Shown here piece after piece: positions 1 to 9,831 of a DNA stretch of 64,000 bases; the stretch's first letter is position 1; each line of letters opens with the position of its first letter. The DNA lies in the NCBI GenBank assembly GCA_963768055.1, contig CAVYGN010000002.1, forward strand, positions 640,001 through 704,000, read 5' to 3'. The stretch comes from an uncultured Spirochaetota bacterium (lineage in GTDB: Bacteria; Spirochaetota; Brevinematia; Brevinematales; JAOACQ01). A program made the translations under genes and the position numbers. The notes under the pieces were generated by a model, which was not told where the DNA came from, made no database searches, and was given only the letters and a program-made list of their open reading frames with translations.

Positions 1-2
1 TT

Positions 3-671
3 CACAGGCAGGAAAGAATCGCCGACGAGAAGATCCTGCAGGCTTACGAGGTGCTCGACGATTATACCCGGGTGAAAATGCAGGACCTCTTCAATATAAT
101 AAAGGCTTATGAATCCGTACAGGATTATAACAGGCATGAGAGAATCCAGGATGATAAAATAATCCAGGCATACCAGAGAGTAGAGGAAATGTCCCGCAAA
201 GAACTATTAAATCTTGACAGGATCAATAAGGCCCATGAAGTAGTAGAAGAGCTGGCTAGAAAAGAATTGATCGAAAGAGATGAAATTAACCGAGCTCATG
301 AGATTGTCGAAGATTTTGTACGCCAGGAACTTATCGAAATGGATAAGATAAATAAAGCTCATGAATTACTCCAGGATTTAACCCGTCAGGAGTTAATCGA
401 TAAAGACAAAATCATCGGAGCTTATGAAATAGTTGAAGAATTGAACAGGAAAGCCTTGATTGAAGAAGACAAGATCAACAGGGCTTACGAAGTTGTCGAG
501 GAAATGATGCAGGAAGAACTCAAGGAAAAGGATCTTTTCAATCATGCTCATGAAATAGTTGAAGAATTGCTGCGTAAAGAACTTATTGAAAAAGATAAGA
601 TAAATATGGCCCATGAAGTAGTCGAGGAAATGGCACGGGAAGAAATGTTAAAAATGAAGCCCAGAAATTAA
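3..671 (+). CDS. 21-aa tandem-repeat, predicted coiled-coil protein (5'-truncated by the window edge)
   Basis: The frame is open from position 3 (HRQERIADEKILQAYEVLDDY...), so the GTG at 51 is probably internal. Ten 21-aa units, consensus xR(K/Q)ELIExDKINxA(H/Y)E(V/I)VEE(L/M). Confidence 0.85.
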   Translation, partial: HRQERIADEKILQAYEVLDDYTRVKMQDLFNIIKAYESVQDYNRHERIQDDKIIQAYQRVEEMSRKELLNLDRINKAHEVVEELARKELIERDEINRAHEIVEDFVRQELIEMDKINKAHELLQDLTRQELIDKDKIIGAYEIVEELNRKALIEEDKINRAYEVVEEMMQEELKEKDLFNHAHEIVEELLRKELIEKDKINMAHEVVEEMAREEMLKMKPRN

Positions 672-2938
672 CCATCATCCCGTTTTTCAGAACCGGCTAT
701 TAAATTAAGCGCGCTCCCGGCATTGAACCATTTGATCTGTATTTCATTATAAGTATGCTTTAGGTTTATTTCTTCCCGGCCTTTTATTCTGTGCTGTATA
801 ACCATTAATAAATCCTTACCCGGTGAAAAGTTTTCCAACCCGAGAATATCGATAAAATCTCCTTCCCTGATCCTGTTATAATCAGAGGGATCAGCAAAAG
901 TTAATGCAAGAATACCCTGTTTTTTCAGATTTGTTTCATGAATACGGGCAAAACTTTTCACTATAACCGCCAGGCCGCCTAAATAACGCACTTCCATAGC
1001 TGCATGCTCCCTGCTCGAACCTTCTCCATAATTTTCATCCCCGATTATTACCCAATTAATCCCCTCTTTTTTATATTCCCTTGCAACCCAGGGTATAGAC
1101 CCCTCATCTCCGGTAATTTCATTTTTCGTAATCCCGGTTTTTCCGGTAAAAGCATTGACAGCCCCTAAAAGAAGGTTGTTTGAAATATTGTCAAGATGCC
1201 CCCTGTATTTAAGCCATTCGCCTGCCATTGATATCTGGTCAGTTGTGCATTTACCTTTAATTTTAATTAAAATCGGCACATTAACGATATCTTTACCGTT
1301 CCAGGGTTTAAACTTCTGCAGAAGCTGAAGTCTTTCGCTATTTTTCCTAATAATGATCTTCTGATCATGGCCGGGTTTTGTTTTAACTATTCCAATACGA
1401 GGATTGTCATAAAAGAAATCGGGGATTTCCCTGCCTGAAGGAGGAGTTAATTTTATCTTTTCACCCTTGTTCCCGATCAATTCATCGGCAGCGGGATTAA
1501 AAGAAAGACTTCCTCCGAGTGAAAGGGCCATAACCATTTCCGGACTTGCTACAAAAGCTAATGTTTTAGGATTGCCGTCAGCTCTTTTTGAAAAATTCCT
1601 GTTGAAGGATGTAATTATTACATTTTCATCTCCCATCGGTATATCATTCCTTTTCCACATACCGATGCAGGGACCGCATGCATTTGCGAGAATGATTACG
1701 CCAAGCTTTTTAAAAACTGTAAGAATACCGTTCCTTTCCAATGTCGCCCTTACTTTCTCCGAACCGGGGCTAAGGTATAAACGCGTCTTAGGCCTCAATC
1801 CATGCTTAAGCGCCTGTCTCGCAATACCGGCGGCCCTATCCATGTCCTCGAAACTTGAATTGGTGCAACTTCCGATCAAACAGGCGCTGATTTTATCAGG
1901 GAATCCTTTTTCCCTGGAAATATCTCTCATAATGGATACCGGATTAGCGATATCGGGAGAAAAAGGACCATTCATTTGGGGTTCAAGTTTGTTAAGATCT
2001 ATCTCAATGACCCTGTCGTAATATTTTTCCGGTTCGATAAGGACCTCCGGATCTGCGCAAAGATTTTTTTTTAAAGGCTGGGCCATTAATACTTCATCAT
2101 TCCTCCCTACAGCAGTTAAATAATCGCTGATTTTATCATCATAAGGGAAAATAGATGAAGTAGCGCCCAATTCCGCTCCCATATTACAAATCGTCGCTTT
2201 ACCTGTAGCCGATAATGAAGAAACGCCTTCACCGAAGTATTCGATAATCGATCCGGTGCCGCCATTCACAGTCAGGATGCCAAGCAATTTTAAAATAATA
2301 TCTTTAGGCGAAGCCCAACCGCTTAATTTTCCTGTAAGCTTTACTCCCAGCAAAAGGGGCCATTTCAACTCCCAGGTCATACCGGCCATAACATCAACGG
2401 CATCGGCACCGCCGACTCCGATCCCCAGCATACCTGTTCCGCCAGCATTAGGAGAATGGGAATCAGTGCCGATCAAGAGCCCTGCCGGAAAAGAATAATT
2501 TTCTAAAATAAGCTGGTGAATAATTCCGGAACCGGGTTTCCAGCATTCAATTCCGTATTTAAGAGAAATACTTGAAAGGAAATCGTAGACTTCCTTATTT
2601 ATCTTTAAAGCTGCGGGAAGGTCAGTCTTTACACCGCATTCGGCAATGATCAGATGATCGCAGTGGACTGTCGCGGGTACCGCGGTTTTTTTCATTCCGG
2701 CATGGATAAACTGCAATAATGCCATCTGAGCTGTCGCATCCTGCATCGCTACTCTGTCAGGACAGAGATCGGCATAATCGATACCACGGACCAGCGGTTT
2801 AAGCGGTTTATTCGAAAGGTGGGAATAAAGGATTTTTTCAGCGTATGTAAGAGGCCTTTCAGTTATTAGCCTGGCATTTTCTATTCTTTTAATAAAACCC
2901 GAATAAAGCTTACTGATAATCTCCAAGTTCCTTTTCAT
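668..2938 (-). CDS. acnA: Aconitate hydratase, mitochondrial-type single-chain AcnA
   Basis: DRVAMQDATAQMA, HCDHLI, GTDSH, IGSCTNSS, NACGPCIG, GSSREHAA; 756 aa. Confidence 0.95.
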   Translation of the reverse strand: MKRNLEIISKLYSGFIKRIENARLITERPLTYAEKILYSHLSNKPLKPLVRGIDYADLCPDRVAMQDATAQMALLQFIHAGMKKTAVPATVHCDHLIIAECGVKTDLPAALKINKEVYDFLSSISLKYGIECWKPGSGIIHQLILENYSFPAGLLIGTDSHSPNAGGTGMLGIGVGGADAVDVMAGMTWELKWPLLLGVKLTGKLSGWASPKDIILKLLGILTVNGGTGSIIEYFGEGVSSLSATGKATICNMGAELGATSSIFPYDDKISDYLTAVGRNDEVLMAQPLKKNLCADPEVLIEPEKYYDRVIEIDLNKLEPQMNGPFSPDIANPVSIMRDISREKGFPDKISACLIGSCTNSSFEDMDRAAGIARQALKHGLRPKTRLYLSPGSEKVRATLERNGILTVFKKLGVIILANACGPCIGMWKRNDIPMGDENVIITSFNRNFSKRADGNPKTLAFVASPEMVMALSLGGSLSFNPAADELIGNKGEKIKLTPPSGREIPDFFYDNPRIGIVKTKPGHDQKIIIRKNSERLQLLQKFKPWNGKDIVNVPILIKIKGKCTTDQISMAGEWLKYRGHLDNISNNLLLGAVNAFTGKTGITKNEITGDEGSIPWVAREYKKEGINWVIIGDENYGEGSSREHAAMEVRYLGGLAVIVKSFARIHETNLKKQGILALTFADPSDYNRIREGDFIDILGLENFSPGKDLLMVIQHRIKGREEINLKHTYNEIQIKWFNAGSALNLIAGSEKRDDG

Positions 2939-2950
2939 AAATTTCTTCGC

Positions 2951-4426
2951 TCATCTTGATTTTAATGTGGGGAACAGTATCGTATCCCTTATTGAATTAG
3001 TATCGATAAATAACATTATAAGCCTGTCTATACCGATACCCATACCCCCTGTAGGAGGCATTCCGAATTCGAGGGCATTAATATAATCCTCATCCACAAA
3101 CATCGCCTCATCGTCACCCTGGGCCTTTTTCCTGGCCTGGCTAAAAAATCGATCGGCCTGGACGATGGGATCATTAAGTTCAGAAAAGGCATTACCCAAT
3201 TCCCTTCCGACGACATACGGTTCGAATCTTTCAACAAAATCAATGTCATCTTCCTTGTTTTTGGAAAGAGGGGAAATTTCAGCGGGATATTCATAGATAA
3301 TTGTTGGAGATATAAGGTTAGGCTCTACATATTCTTCAAAAAGGACATTCAATATTCCCCACTTTTCTTCATACTCTTTTATATTATCGAATCCTCGTGA
3401 AAGCGCTAATTCAAGGGCGTCTTTCTGGTCCCTTATATCTTTAACATTAATATTGGCAATATTTTTCAGGGCGTCAACATATTTTATCTTTTCCCACTTC
3501 GAGAAATCAAGGCTCATGCCCTGATATTCAAAAACAGGTCCGCCTTTTATCGTAACAGCCAGTTTCATCATTAATTCTTCAAACAAGGAAATCATATCCC
3601 GGTAATCCGCATAAGCCTGATATAGTTCCAGCATAGTAAATTCTGGATTATGCCGCGTATCAATCCCTTCGTTCCTGAAATTCCGGTTAAGTTCAAAAAC
3701 CTTTTCAAACCCTCCTACAATAAGTCTTTTAAGATATAACTCAGGAGCTATTCTGAGGAAGAGGTCCATATCCAGGGCATTATGATGTGTAATAAAGGGT
3801 TTCGCGGCCGCTCCTCCGGGGATTGTCTGCATCATTGGGGTTTCAACTTCAAGAAAACCCTTTTCAGTAAGTATCTGCCTCAAACAGGAAATAATTTTGA
3901 AACGGGTAAAAAAATCGGATTTAACCTTGTCATTTACAATTAAATCAAGGTATCTCTGCCTGTACCTGACCTCGACATCAGTAAGGCCATGCCATTTTTC
4001 AGGTAAAGCGTTGAGAGATTTTGCAAGTATTTTGAAATCTTCAACAATGACAGTAATCTCCCCTTTATGAGTTTTAAATACTTTTCCCTTTACACCTATC
4101 ATATCCCCCGGGTCTACAAGTTTAAATAGCGAAAACTTTTTATCTCCAAGAATATCCTGGCGGGCATAAATCTGGATCTGTCCCTTCCCATCTTTAACAG
4201 TTGCAAATACGGCTTTGCCGAAATCCCTGAGAAGCATTACTCTGCCGGCAATATCCGTCTTAAATTCAGCCTCGTTATTTTCAATAAAATTTTTTTTAAT
4301 ATCTTCTGAATAGCTCTCAGCCCTATAGAAATTAGGGTATGGATTAACATTAGCTTCTTTTAAAGCCATTAATTTTTTTAGACGGCTTTCCCTTTCATCC
4401 GTTATGTTTATATTTGATGAATCCAT
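2951..4426 (-). CDS. lysS: Lysine--tRNA ligase, class II
   Basis: RYRQRYLDL, LRIAPELYLKRL, FRNEGID.RHNPEFT, GMGIGIDRL. Confidence 0.98.
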   Translation of the reverse strand: MDSSNINITDERESRLKKLMALKEANVNPYPNFYRAESYSEDIKKNFIENNEAEFKTDIAGRVMLLRDFGKAVFATVKDGKGQIQIYARQDILGDKKFSLFKLVDPGDMIGVKGKVFKTHKGEITVIVEDFKILAKSLNALPEKWHGLTDVEVRYRQRYLDLIVNDKVKSDFFTRFKIISCLRQILTEKGFLEVETPMMQTIPGGAAAKPFITHHNALDMDLFLRIAPELYLKRLIVGGFEKVFELNRNFRNEGIDTRHNPEFTMLELYQAYADYRDMISLFEELMMKLAVTIKGGPVFEYQGMSLDFSKWEKIKYVDALKNIANINVKDIRDQKDALELALSRGFDNIKEYEEKWGILNVLFEEYVEPNLISPTIIYEYPAEISPLSKNKEDDIDFVERFEPYVVGRELGNAFSELNDPIVQADRFFSQARKKAQGDDEAMFVDEDYINALEFGMPPTGGMGIGIDRLIMLFIDTNSIRDTILFPTLKSR

Positions 4427-4453
4427 AGGAACTCCTTATATCAAGTTACAATC

Positions 4454-4482
4454 AGTATAAGGAAAAGAAGCTTAATAATCAA
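4454..4482 (-). promoter_or_regulatory. Putative sigma70 promoter for lysS-acnA
   Basis: TTGATT-N17-TATACT on the minus strand upstream of lysS. Confidence 0.55.
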
Positions 4483-4490
4483 GGAGAGCC

Positions 4491-5204
4491 TTATTTTGTT
4501 CCGCTGCCATCATCCTGAATTTTTTTCACTATCCGGGCTGTTACAAGCAGGTTGTTTGGCCCGTCGATTTTTACCAATTTAGGCAAATTCAGAGGAACTG
4601 ATTGAGTAATATCATTCGTGGCGCCTTCAATCGAAAGAGGGATTGTCTCAATATAATTGTACTGGGTAAGGATTGAAACCGGCCCGGTTATCGTGACCAT
4701 CCTTCTATCGGCAGGCAGCAAAATGTCATCAAGGATATAACCATCACCTGGATTACCGGTCGTGATAGGCTGAATAAATACAATTTTAGATGAGATTCTA
4801 TCAATTTTCAATTTTACCCTATCCTGTAAAGGAGTGAATATGATATCCGGCTGGGGCTCGGAAAGCTGAATCTCAAGCATATAATAGTTCACACCTGGAG
4901 CCGCTTTTTCCAGATCTACTATGAAATGCACCATTTTATCAAAATCAAGATTCTTGATCTTTTCTTTAAGACCCCTTACTTTGACATGAACTATCGTATC
5001 ATAAATTTCTATTATCTCATAATCTTTTGGAAGATTTTTATAATTGATCGGCGATGAAAATGTAAGTTCTTCATATTCCGGGAAATTAACCCAATACCAA
5101 AGGATGGCGGCCGCAATCAAAGAGATCAACTTTTTCTGCCAATCCACGACAAAAAACCCGATGAACTTATTCCGCTTCGACCATTTCATTGATTCTCCTG
5201 ACAA
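4491..5204 (-). CDS. cdaR: CdaR/YbbR-family regulator of diadenylate cyclase
   Basis: N-terminal TM (KLISLIAAAILWYWV), YbbR-like segments (VKVRG, VTITGP), overlaps the cdaA 3' end; start may be 5189. Confidence 0.85.
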   Translation of the reverse strand: MSGESMKWSKRNKFIGFFVVDWQKKLISLIAAAILWYWVNFPEYEELTFSSPINYKNLPKDYEIIEIYDTIVHVKVRGLKEKIKNLDFDKMVHFIVDLEKAAPGVNYYMLEIQLSEPQPDIIFTPLQDRVKLKIDRISSKIVFIQPITTGNPGDGYILDDILLPADRRMVTITGPVSILTQYNYIETIPLSIEGATNDITQSVPLNLPKLVKIDGPNNLLVTARIVKKIQDDGSGTK

Positions 5205-5943
5205 AATATTCCTCAGATAACTCGGTTTCTATTTTTCCTTTATAGGCGATTGATATTGAACCGCTTTCTTCGGAAACTATGATACTAAGAGCATCACTAT
5301 CGGAAGTCACTGAAATTCCGGCAAGATGCCTCGTACCTAAACCTGTTCTTTTTTTTGGGTGGGCGTCAATTTTAACCGAAGGAATGATAATCCTGGCGGC
5401 GCGAATCTTTTCGCCTGTAATCAATACAGCTCCGTCATGCAGAATTCCGCCTTTATGAAAAATAGAGATCAGCAGTTCTGCTTTAACCGCGGCATCAAGC
5501 GGGATAGATTCTTCCAGAAGCTGTTTTAAACCCACTTTCTTCTCTATGATTATTAGGCCCCCTGTTTTTGTTTGAGACATTATTGTTATCGCTTTTGTTA
5601 TTTCATTCATAGTTTCCGCTGACATTCCTCTCAAGCCTGATAAACCGCTCTGCCCGACCCGGGTCAGGAATTTCCTGATTTCGGGTTGAAAAAGAACTAC
5701 AATCATAATAACAATATAGGGCAACAGATAATTTATTATCCATTCAACCGTTTTTAATTCAATAAAATGAGCAATCGCATATAGAACAATGACAGCAATG
5801 AAACCTTTTATTATACTTATTGAATTCGTATCCTCAAAAAGCTTATAAATAAAATAGAAAAGATAGGCCACACAAACTATATCCACAATGCTGAGAAAGA
5901 TCTTAACCCAGAGAGAGAAATCTGTTCGGAATAAGGCTTCCAT
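5167..5943 (-). CDS. cdaA: Membrane diadenylate cyclase CdaA/DacA
   Basis: Three N-terminal TM helices, VLFQPEIR, LHDGAV, GTRHLAG (RHR variant), VSEESG. Confidence 0.93.
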   Translation of the reverse strand: MEALFRTDFSLWVKIFLSIVDIVCVAYLFYFIYKLFEDTNSISIIKGFIAVIVLYAIAHFIELKTVEWIINYLLPYIVIMIVVLFQPEIRKFLTRVGQSGLSGLRGMSAETMNEITKAITIMSQTKTGGLIIIEKKVGLKQLLEESIPLDAAVKAELLISIFHKGGILHDGAVLITGEKIRAARIIIPSVKIDAHPKKRTGLGTRHLAGISVTSDSDALSIIVSEESGSISIAYKGKIETELSEEYFVRRINEMVEAE

Positions 5944-5962
5944 ATTATTTCCTAAAAATAGT

Positions 5963-6814
5963 TTACCAGACTGCCGCTGATAGATATCCTACAACCCTTT
6001 CATAATCATTCGAGGTTTCACCTGAATTTTTATAAACAAGCACCTTAATTTTAGTTCGATTAAATAATCTCGCCAATTCAAGAACGACAGCTATGGGCCC
6101 TATACCGCATGCCTCCAATTTTCCTTCTTTCGATTCTTCTAATAATTTTTTTGCATCCATCCTGGAAAGTGTCGTTATTAATTCATTATCCATAGACCTT
6201 GCTTCTTCGTCCGAATGATAATGCGACAGGTCAGTGGATATCACAAATAGAAAATGTTTATCGTAATTTTTAAATACTTCATATAATGTTTCGGCAGCTT
6301 CCAGTGCGTTCTTATACGACTGTTCTCCCATCAGGATGGGTACAATTTGAAAATCATTGGTTAAGATTGATTGCAGAAAAGGGAGCTGAACCTCAAGGCT
6401 ATGCTCTTTTATATGAGCCGTGTTTATATAATCAAAAAAAGAATTGCTTTTCTTTACAAGTTGATTTAACAAATCCTGATCAAGATTTATCTTGCCCAAA
6501 GGAGTTTCAAAGCATTTATAATAGGGGAGTGCAAATCCTTCAAAATAAGTGAAATGACTCGGCCCTATCAACACAATTGTATCGTATTCTTTCTGCTTTA
6601 AAAGAGAATAAGAATATGCCGCAACCTGGCCTGAATAGATATAACCCGCGTGAGGTACGATAATGCTGAAAATATTATCAAACGCATTTTTTTTAAAAAA
6701 ATCGGTACTATCGGCCGGAACGTTGGAAATGAACTGATTAATCATTCTTTTCAGGTTAATAGTATCATCAGGATAGAACATACTGGCAACAGCCGGTTTT
6801 CTAATTTCCTCCAT
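5963..6814 (-). CDS. MEMO1-family (AmmeMemoRadiSam system B) protein
   Basis: RKPAVASMFYP, PHAGYIYSG, IGPSH, EHSLEVQLPFLQ, STDLSHY, ACG, VVGY. Confidence 0.92.
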   Translation of the reverse strand: MEEIRKPAVASMFYPDDTINLKRMINQFISNVPADSTDFFKKNAFDNIFSIIVPHAGYIYSGQVAAYSYSLLKQKEYDTIVLIGPSHFTYFEGFALPYYKCFETPLGKINLDQDLLNQLVKKSNSFFDYINTAHIKEHSLEVQLPFLQSILTNDFQIVPILMGEQSYKNALEAAETLYEVFKNYDKHFLFVISTDLSHYHSDEEARSMDNELITTLSRMDAKKLLEESKEGKLEACGIGPIAVVLELARLFNRTKIKVLVYKNSGETSNDYERVVGYLSAAVW

Positions 6815-6924
6815 ACTACCTCCTTCAAGGATCGCCTGGAAACTAAATATTTAATAATTATTATAATAAAGTATAATGAAAATGAATTCAATAAGCATCA
6901 ATAATAATAATTTTATTTGTTATA

Positions 6925-7977
6925 TCAATAAATAAACATTGCGTCCCCATAACTCAAAAAACAATATTTGTTAAGAATCGCATGATCATAGGATTTCCTG
7001 ATCAGCTCCTTTCCTCCAAAAGATAAAATGAGTAATAACAGCGAAGATTTCGGTATGTGAAAATTCGTAATAAGCGCATTTGTTACTTTGAAATTGAATT
7101 CATTTCTTATAAATAAACCGGTTGTACCTTTAAAGGATTTCCAGAGAGTATAATCACCATATGGCAATGCCATTGTCTCTAAAGCCCTTACAACAGTAGT
7201 ACCAACGGCAATTATCCTCCCCCCCGACCTTCTTGTTTTTTGAAGAATATTGATTGTTTCATCAGGAACTTCCATAAACTCCTTATGGATCCTGTAATCA
7301 TCTATAATTTCAGTATCAATAGGCTTAAAGGTTCCCGGCCCCACATGCAGAGTGATATAAACCACCTCAATACCCCTGTTTTTCAGATTTTTAAGCAGAT
7401 CGTTTGTAAAATGCAGGGAAGCAGTCGGAGCAGCCACGGAACCATAGTACTTTGCGACCAAGCTCTGGTATCTTAATTCATCTTCTTTTGAATAAATGCT
7501 TTCTGAATTCTTTTTTCTTTTTTTTATTATGTATGGAGGGAGAGGAACTTCACCAATATTGTTAATTTGTTCAAACGTTTGCGGTTCCAAAAAGCGAATT
7601 ATCCGCATATCTTCAAATTTTTCAAGAATTTCAGCCTCTACATCTTTAAAATGGACATTAGTACCTTCTTCAATCTTTTTCGAGTTTTTGACCATTGCCA
7701 GCCAACGCATATCATCCACATGCTCTACCAGAAGAATCTCGACAACTTTATCTTCCCGGGTTCTACCGTAGAGCCGCGCTTTAAAAACCTTTGTGTTATT
7801 CATTACCAGACAGTCGCCGGGTTTGATCATGTTCTCAATTTGCTGAAATTTAGAATCGATAATACTTTTTTCTTTTCTTGACACCAGCAGTAATCTCGAA
7901 CCGCCTATTTCAGAGGAAGGATGTGTTGCTATCAAATCTTCCGGCAATTTATAATTAATATCATTTAAGGTGATCAT
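6925..7977 (-). CDS. queA: SAM:tRNA ribosyltransferase-isomerase
   Basis: NNTKVFKARL, PLPPYI, SVAAPTASLHF, TLHVGPGTF, AVGTTVVRALE, TNFH, SYGDAM. Confidence 0.97.
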   Translation of the reverse strand: MITLNDINYKLPEDLIATHPSSEIGGSRLLLVSRKEKSIIDSKFQQIENMIKPGDCLVMNNTKVFKARLYGRTREDKVVEILLVEHVDDMRWLAMVKNSKKIEEGTNVHFKDVEAEILEKFEDMRIIRFLEPQTFEQINNIGEVPLPPYIIKKRKKNSESIYSKEDELRYQSLVAKYYGSVAAPTASLHFTNDLLKNLKNRGIEVVYITLHVGPGTFKPIDTEIIDDYRIHKEFMEVPDETINILQKTRRSGGRIIAVGTTVVRALETMALPYGDYTLWKSFKGTTGLFIRNEFNFKVTNALITNFHIPKSSLLLLILSFGGKELIRKSYDHAILNKYCFLSYGDAMFIY

Positions 7978-8610
7978 TTATAGTTCTTTTAATATTTCAG
8001 GATATATAGTTTTTATGAATTCTCCCAGTTGAAATGGAAGACCATGTCCAGGATAAACAGTGGTTTCAGAAGGCAATAAAATAACCTTTTTAAGCGATTG
8101 CTTCATTTGTTCAATACTGCCGGAAGTCGAATCCATCCTTCCTATTGAATCCCGGAAAATAAAATCGCCTGAGAACAGCATTTTGTTTTCTTTTTGATAT
8201 AAAGCTATTCCTCCCGAAGTGTGGCCAGGGTAATAAATTATTGAAAATACATCATTTCCTAACGCCAATGTTTCGGTTTCAGATTCAATCAATAAGTCAG
8301 GAGGAGGAGAAATGACAGGAATGCTGAAGACTGTCGATAAATTCAAATCAGGATCGGCCAGCATCGATGCGTCCTCTTTACTTGTAACTATCTTTGCGTC
8401 CGTTTCTTCCTTAAAATAGGAATTACCTGTTATATGATCGAAATGACCATGAGTATTAATAATATAGAGGACATTAAGATTACGAACCGCCGCCTTTAAT
8501 TCATCTGAATCATCGATAGGATCAACGATCAAAGCTTTATTACTGCCACTGCTTTGAATCAAATAACAATTTGTATAATATTTTTCAGTGAAATAACGAT
8601 TTACAATCAT
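7978..8610 (-). CDS. MBL-fold metallo-hydrolase (glyoxalase II-like)
   Basis: THGHFDH, PGHT, FSGD, YPGHG. Confidence 0.9.
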   Translation of the reverse strand: MIVNRYFTEKYYTNCYLIQSSGSNKALIVDPIDDSDELKAAVRNLNVLYIINTHGHFDHITGNSYFKEETDAKIVTSKEDASMLADPDLNLSTVFSIPVISPPPDLLIESETETLALGNDVFSIIYYPGHTSGGIALYQKENKMLFSGDFIFRDSIGRMDSTSGSIEQMKQSLKKVILLPSETTVYPGHGLPFQLGEFIKTIYPEILKEL

Positions 8611-8638
8611 GACTTCTCCATAATTTTTCTTTTATATT

Positions 8639-8667
8639 ATTTTAACAGCTGCCCTGGCCAAAATCAA
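8639..8667 (-). promoter_or_regulatory. Putative sigma70 promoter for the MBL-queA string
   Basis: TTGATT-N17-TAAAAT with an extended -10 TG. Confidence 0.55.
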
Positions 8668-8746
8668 GAACTAAGACTGGAGCAGATAACTTTAATAATA
8701 TTTCAATCCTTGCTATAATTAACAAACAATTATGGGAGAATTTCGC

Positions 8747-9829
8747 ATGGACAATCTAATCTATTATGCCGCTTTAAGTTCAAATGTGGCGATAGGCCCA
8801 AGGAGATTCGCTAAAATAAAATCGCAATTTGAAAATATTAAAGATTTTTTCAATCTTAATACAAAAGAAATGATGGAATTTTTAAGAATAAAAAATAAAA
8901 ATACAAAGAATACTTTTGATAAAATGCTCAGCCGGGGGGAAAAAATCCTTAAAATATGTGAATATAAAAATATACAGCTTATAACCAGAGACGATCCTCT
9001 TTACCATCATCGATTAAAGGATATTCCCGATCCCCCTTACCTTTATTATCAAAAAGGACTTATGGATTACAGCAAAAAATTGGCCGCTGTAATAGGCACA
9101 AGGGAGGTCAGCGCAGAATCTGCTTCTATAAATGAATATTTCACAAAAGAACTTATAACTTATAACATTGGCATAGTAAGCGGCATGGCTAGAGGGCATG
9201 ACTCCATTGCTCATAAAACCGCCCTGGAGGGGAATGGTTTTACCGTGGCTGTCTTGGGTTGCGGGATCGATGAAATATATCCGGATGAGCACAGAGCTAT
9301 TTATAATGAAATTTGCGGTAAGGGAGTTGTCATTTCCGAATATTCCCCAGGCTCGGCTCCTTTAAAAGCACACTTTCCCTTAAGGAACAGGATTATCAGC
9401 GGACTTTCGGAAGTGGTATTGATCGTTCAGGCCCCTGAAAAATCAGGTTCATTAATTACTGCAAAATATGCGAAAATTCAGGGGCGGAAACTTTATGTCA
9501 TCCCCGGTAACCCTGCGGAAGCAATAAATAAAGGATCAAACACCCTTATTCTTAATGGAGCAAAAATCGCCCTTGATCCGATGAACATTGTTAACGATAT
9601 CATAGGTCCCGTCGCTCAAAATAAAACACATGTTTCAATTTCCAGGGAATCTTCAGGAGAACAAAAATCAATCCTCAAATATTTATACCGGGAAACATCA
9701 ATTGACGATCTTAAGGAATCAACAGGAATTGAACTGATAAAGCTTAACCATCTGTTAACTATAATGGAAATGAACGGACTTGTGATTCAATATCCCGGAA
9801 GAATATATAAAATGAAATCAAAAACTTGA
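8747..9829 (+). CDS. dprA: DNA-processing protein DprA
   Basis: AVIGTR, IVSGMARGHD, FPLRNRIISGLS, SGSLITA; ATG 8747 follows a GGGAGA SD (ORF track starts at 8732). Confidence 0.95.
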   Translation: MDNLIYYAALSSNVAIGPRRFAKIKSQFENIKDFFNLNTKEMMEFLRIKNKNTKNTFDKMLSRGEKILKICEYKNIQLITRDDPLYHHRLKDIPDPPYLYYQKGLMDYSKKLAAVIGTREVSAESASINEYFTKELITYNIGIVSGMARGHDSIAHKTALEGNGFTVAVLGCGIDEIYPDEHRAIYNEICGKGVVISEYSPGSAPLKAHFPLRNRIISGLSEVVLIVQAPEKSGSLITAKYAKIQGRKLYVIPGNPAEAINKGSNTLILNGAKIALDPMNIVNDIIGPVAQNKTHVSISRESSGEQKSILKYLYRETSIDDLKESTGIELIKLNHLLTIMEMNGLVIQYPGRIYKMKSKT

Positions 9830-9831
9830 CT

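Noticed and set aside
3..671. 63-bp periodicity as a CRISPR array or DGR repeat
   Set aside because: Units are degenerate, in frame and coding, with no spacers, cas genes or reverse transcriptase
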